DNA from: Octopus vulgaris
Taxonomy: Eukaryota
Direction: 5' to 3'
Length of the DNA stretch: 64,000 bases
NCBI GenBank assembly: GCA_951406725.2
Contig: OX597815.1
Location: 75,640,001 to 75,704,000 of the forward strand
The stretch's first letter is position 1. Each line of letters opens with the position of its first letter. Under the pieces are notes generated by a model. The model did not search any database and was not told the origin of the DNA. It saw only the letters and a program-made list of their open reading frames with translations. The position numbers and the translations under genes are program-made. Below are positions 59,750-64,000 of this stretch, piece after piece.

Positions 59750-62656
59750 ATGCCGGATCCTAGGTCCTACCTCCTCACCCTCCATCACCGTTTGAAGGAT
59801 CATCTACGTTCGCTTCCTGTATATTGCCTTCAGCCGTCCGTTAATCTCTCTCTACTTCTTTTTAAAAAACCCGCTTCTCTAGCCATGTCTCTTTCCTAAG
59901 CCGCTGCCTACATCACCGACTCATCCCTAAAGGTTTCCGCCTCCACTTCCACCCTGCTCTCCACTCGGATTCTTCCATCTTACCCATACTCCGCACCACA
60001 TCTTACCGCCTTATGCGGGCCACCATTCGCTCCAATCTCTCCAAACTACATGCCATCAACCGCCTTCTTCCTCCTGCTTTCTCCACCTTCTTCTCCTCTC
60101 TGCCGCCTCTTTATGCTCCAAACACGCTACGCTTCATTATCCATTTGAATCAACTCTTCCATCAATTTCTTTCTGATACCAAACTTCGTAAACTCCAATC
60201 ACTCTTCCATTCCACCCTACCCGACGCCACTACCCCAACTCCTCCACCACCCTTCTCCCCTCCCGATAGGCTCCATCCACCCACACCTAACCCCACTGCC
60301 CCTCCCTACAACCCCTTCTCCCCTCCCGTTAGGCTCCATCCACCTACACCTAACCCTACTGCCCCGCCCAACCACCCCCCACACACCTCTCCAATCCCTC
60401 CCCCTCAGACCTCCACGAGACCTACCACCCCTCCTACTTCTATTCCATCCACCCCTTCTCCACTTCCGTCTGTTGTTACCATTCCCCCCGATCTTCCCCT
60501 CTCTGCGGCTGAACGCTCCGTCCTTGGTAGGGGTCTGCGTTTCATCCCCCTCACTCCATCCTGTAAGGAATTCCAGACGCGAGTTGATGTCCACAGCTTT
60601 GTGCGCCGTGTCCGGTTGGGTGCGCATTACCACGACTCGCCACCCACACCCAACGAAGAGGACGACTGCTTCACTGGCCTGGGCCGCCGACCATCCCCGT
60701 GGACGCCTGCCCCTGGCCAGATCCTAGCAGTGGATCTTTTCGCGGGCGCTTGTCAGCGTGCATTGGAGCGGTTCAACTTCTCCAGGCGCCAACGCCGCCT
60801 CAACATCTCCCCGGCTGAGCTCTTGGCTCTTCGTTCCCTCCAACGGCGCGCTGACATTATCATCAAACCGGCTGACAAGGGTGGAGCTGTAGTGGTGTGG
60901 CGCGCGGACCTCTATAGGGCCGAGGCTTTCCGCCAACTCAATGACACCTCCTTCTATTCCCCTCTGCCCTCTAACCCCACACGTAGCTACCAACAGACGG
61001 TATCCTCTACTGTCCAAGACCTCATCTCGTCCTCCCGTCTCCCCCGCACCGCATCCAACCTAATTGTGCGAACCCCACGTACCCCCACCATTTACTTCCT
61101 CCCCAAAATCCACAAACCCAACAACCCTGGCCGCCCCATCGTCTCCGCCTGTAACTGCCCCACGGAGCTCATCTCTAAATACCTCGACCGTGTCCTTGCC
61201 CCACTAGTGGCATCTCTTCCCTCCCACATCCACGATACCAACCATGCTCTCCGGCTTTTCAACTCTTTCTCCTTTCCTCCCGGCTCCTCCAAAATCCTTT
61301 TTACTATGGACATCCAAAGCCTCTATACTGTTATCCCTCACCACGAAGGACTGCAGGCCCTTCGACACTTTCTTGACCTCCGCTCTAACCCTGTACCTGA
61401 CACCTCCACACTCATTCGTCTGGCCGAACTTGTCCTTACTCTGAACTGCTTCTCGTTCGCGGGCGAGTTCTACCATCAGGTCTCGGGAGTGGCCATGGGA
61501 ACGCGAATGGGCCCCAACTATGCGAACCTGTTCGTTGGCTATGTTGAGGCCCAAATATTCTCTAATTTCACTGGTCCCACTCCTGAACTATATGGTCGTT
61601 ATATTGACGACATTATCGGTGCCACCTCACTCTCCCGCGAACATCTAGATTCCTTCCTCTCTTTCGTCCAATCTTTCCATCCAGCCCTCCACTTCACTTC
61701 CACTATCTCCAACACCTCTGTCTCCTTCCTCGACATTTCGGTTAGCATTCTTCACTCCACTCTTACCACCTCCATTCACTACAAACACACAGACTCACAC
61801 TCATACCTCAACTTCTCTTCCTCCCACCCAGAACACACCAAGCTTTCCATCCCCTATTCCCAATTCCTCCGTCTACGTAGGCTCTGTAGTGACGACCATG
61901 ACTTTGAGACTCAGTCTCAACGTATGGCTCACCACTTCACCCTACGTGGATACCCCCTCACCACTATCCACACCGCCCTTGCCAGAGCACGGTCCGTGGA
62001 CCGTGTATCTGCTCTCTCTCCCCGAACCCGCCCTGTAGTCTCCCGCCTCCCTTTTCCCCTCACTTACCACCCCACGACCCTACGTCTCCAACGCACCATT
62101 CTTCGAGCTTTCCGTCATCTCCAGTCCGACCCGTCCACTTCACACCTCTTCCCTAACCGACCCCTCCCCTCTTTCAAACGAGCCCACAACCTTCGGGACC
62201 TTTTGGTCCATAGCTCCTTCCCTGACCCTAGCTCCCAACCCGGCTCGTTCCCCTGCTCCCGCCCACGTTGCCGCACTTGCCCTTACATCTCCAACACCAC
62301 CCGCCTCACTAGCACCCACCATCGACCCTATCCCATCATCCACTCCTTCACCTGCACCTCCAGCAATATTATCTATTGCATCTCTTGCTCTCTCTGCAAT
62401 TCCTTGTACATCGGACAAACGGGACGCCGCTTGGCTGACCGGTTCGCGGAACACCTTCGTTACATCCACCTTGCGAACGACACACCGGTCTCACGCCATT
62501 TCCGCTCAACCGGTCACTCCTTGCAACACCTATCTGTGTTCGGTTTGTCCTTACACAGAGGCCATCCGGATTCCCGTTTGCGCCGTGAACAGGAATTAAT
62601 CTTCTCTCTTCGCTCTTATACGCCATTTGGTCTCAACTCTCCCCCTCCTCATCTAA
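59750..62656 (+). CDS. PLE reverse transcriptase / GIY-YIG endonuclease (969 aa once two homopolymer frameshifts are corrected; track ORF 60013-62964)
   Basis: N-terminal SHVSFLSRC..LIPKGF; IKPADKGG; FLPKIHK..GRPIVS; MDIQSLYT; GVAMGTRMGP; RYIDD (YIDD 61600-61611); FLDI; Cys linker CSRPRCRTC; IIYCISCSLC..YIGQTGRR..EH..RHF..REQ..GLN. Confidence 0.93.
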
Positions 62657-63241
62657 CCTCACCCCCCTCCTCACCTATCCTTTCTCCCCCCGACCCCTAC
62701 TTCTTCAGTCCTTCATCCTTTCACCCCTACTCCCCTTCCCTTCTTCCCTCTTTCTCCCTCCCTCTTCCCCTTCCCTCTGCTCCCTCACTCCCTCTCTCCC
62801 CTTCTCTCTCCCCCTCTCCCTCTTTCCTCCTTCATCCCCCTCATCCCCTTCCTTCTCCCCCATCCTCTCCTCTCCCCCTTCTCCTCCCCCTCCCCTTCTC
62901 TCCCCCTCTTCTCTCCCTCCCCCTCTTCTCACCCTCCCCCTCTTCTCCTCACTACACCACATGACTTTACACATCACATCACATATGATGTGCCATACTA
63001 ATACACACACCAACTAATACCTACTAATACGTACTAATACATACTAGTACATACTAATACTTACACCAACCCTATACATACACACGTCCAGACCCCGCAT
63101 ACGCACTTATACTCTCTCACACACACACACACACACACCTATACATACCAATACGTACTAATACATACTAATACATACTAATACATACACCAACCCCATA
63201 CATACGCACGTCCAGACCAATCTTACGCACTAATACTCTCT

Positions 63242-63276
<35 letters not shown>

Positions 63277-63645
63277 ATACATACTAATACATACACCAAC
63301 CCTATACATACACACATCCAGACCCCTCCCACGCACTTTTAGCTGGTCCCTCAACCCTTTTATCAACCCTATTATCTCCCCTTATTTCGCTCTCGCGTCT
63401 CATGTTTGATCTTTGACCTCTGGCCGAAATCAGATCGCCATGTTGATTCGTTAGCTACTGCACGCATTTTTTTTCTCTCCTTCTTTCTGTGTTTTTCTCT
63501 CTCTGTGTATCTTTCTGTTGAAGAGCGTAGGCTCGAAACGTTAAAGACTTGTTTTATTTATATTTCCTGAGCGCCATACTAATACAATTGTTCGTTTGTT
63601 TTCCACCTGCCTTCGTCTTTTGTTTATTTTCATAAAGCTTCCCGT

Positions 63646-63652
<7 letters not shown>
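62518..63652 (+). repeat. 3' pseudo-LTR
   Basis: Direct repeat of 58000-59132, running into (TA)n. Confidence 0.95.
63510..63547 (+). ncRNA. Minimal hammerhead-like motif, second identical copy
   Basis: Same sequence as 58990-59027. Confidence 0.65.
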
Positions 63653-63684
<32 letters not shown>

Positions 63685-63894
63685 ATATATATCTTTGCAA
63701 CCAGGCGGTTCGATAAAAGAGCTCGAAGAGGTAAGTAGTAGACTTAAGAAATGGATTAGTATTGGAGTCGATGTGCTTGACTAAATATTTCGAGGCGGTG
63801 CCCTAGCATGGCCGCAGTCCAGTGACTCGGTGACAGAAACAAGTAAAAGGGTAAAAGAAATCAGGCACACAGACACACACACAAACACACACAG

Positions 63895-63996
<102 letters not shown>

Positions 63997-64000
63997 CCAA

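Larger units (their letters stand above)
58000..63652 (+). mobile_element. Young, near full-length Penelope-like retroelement (Neptune-like) with direct pseudo-LTRs
   Basis: Single RT+GIY-YIG ORF; 58000-59132 is repeated at 62518-63652 and includes the ORF 3' end; (TA)n on both flanks; hammerhead motif in each repeat. Confidence 0.95.

Noticed and set aside
60285-60360. Telomere-like cctaaccc
   Set aside because: Two isolated units encoding PNP within the coding duplication.
60217-63013. Antisense and alternate-frame ORFs over the PLE
   Set aside because: Shadow ORFs caused by compositional bias.
58000-63652. LTR retrotransposon interpretation
   Set aside because: No gag, protease, integrase or TG..CA ends; the repeats include ORF sequence and the enzyme is PLE RT plus GIY-YIG.

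Overview
AT-rich, microsatellite-dense animal DNA, probably an octopod cephalopod; this is inferred from repeat style and the Otp sequence, not a database match. The one clear host gene is the PRD-class homeobox gene orthopedia (Otp, + strand). Two coding exons are visible (3263-3684, 38770-39300), split inside homeodomain helix 3 by a 35,085-bp intron; the start exon was not found. The rest is transposable-element sequence: three tRNA-type SINE families, mariner foldbacks, hAT- and Tigger-like MITEs, Helitron and LINE remnants. Most notable are Penelope-like retroelements (PLEs) from several families. One is a very young, near-intact Neptune-like element (58000-63652) with RT, GIY-YIG and ~1.13-kb direct pseudo-LTRs, inserted in (TA)n. 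Others are inverted PLE remnants. About ten hammerhead-ribozyme motifs occur, including a canonical long-stem-II hammerhead (57537-57619) in a short ORF-less element present twice. Nearly all other ORFs in the track are microsatellite translations.
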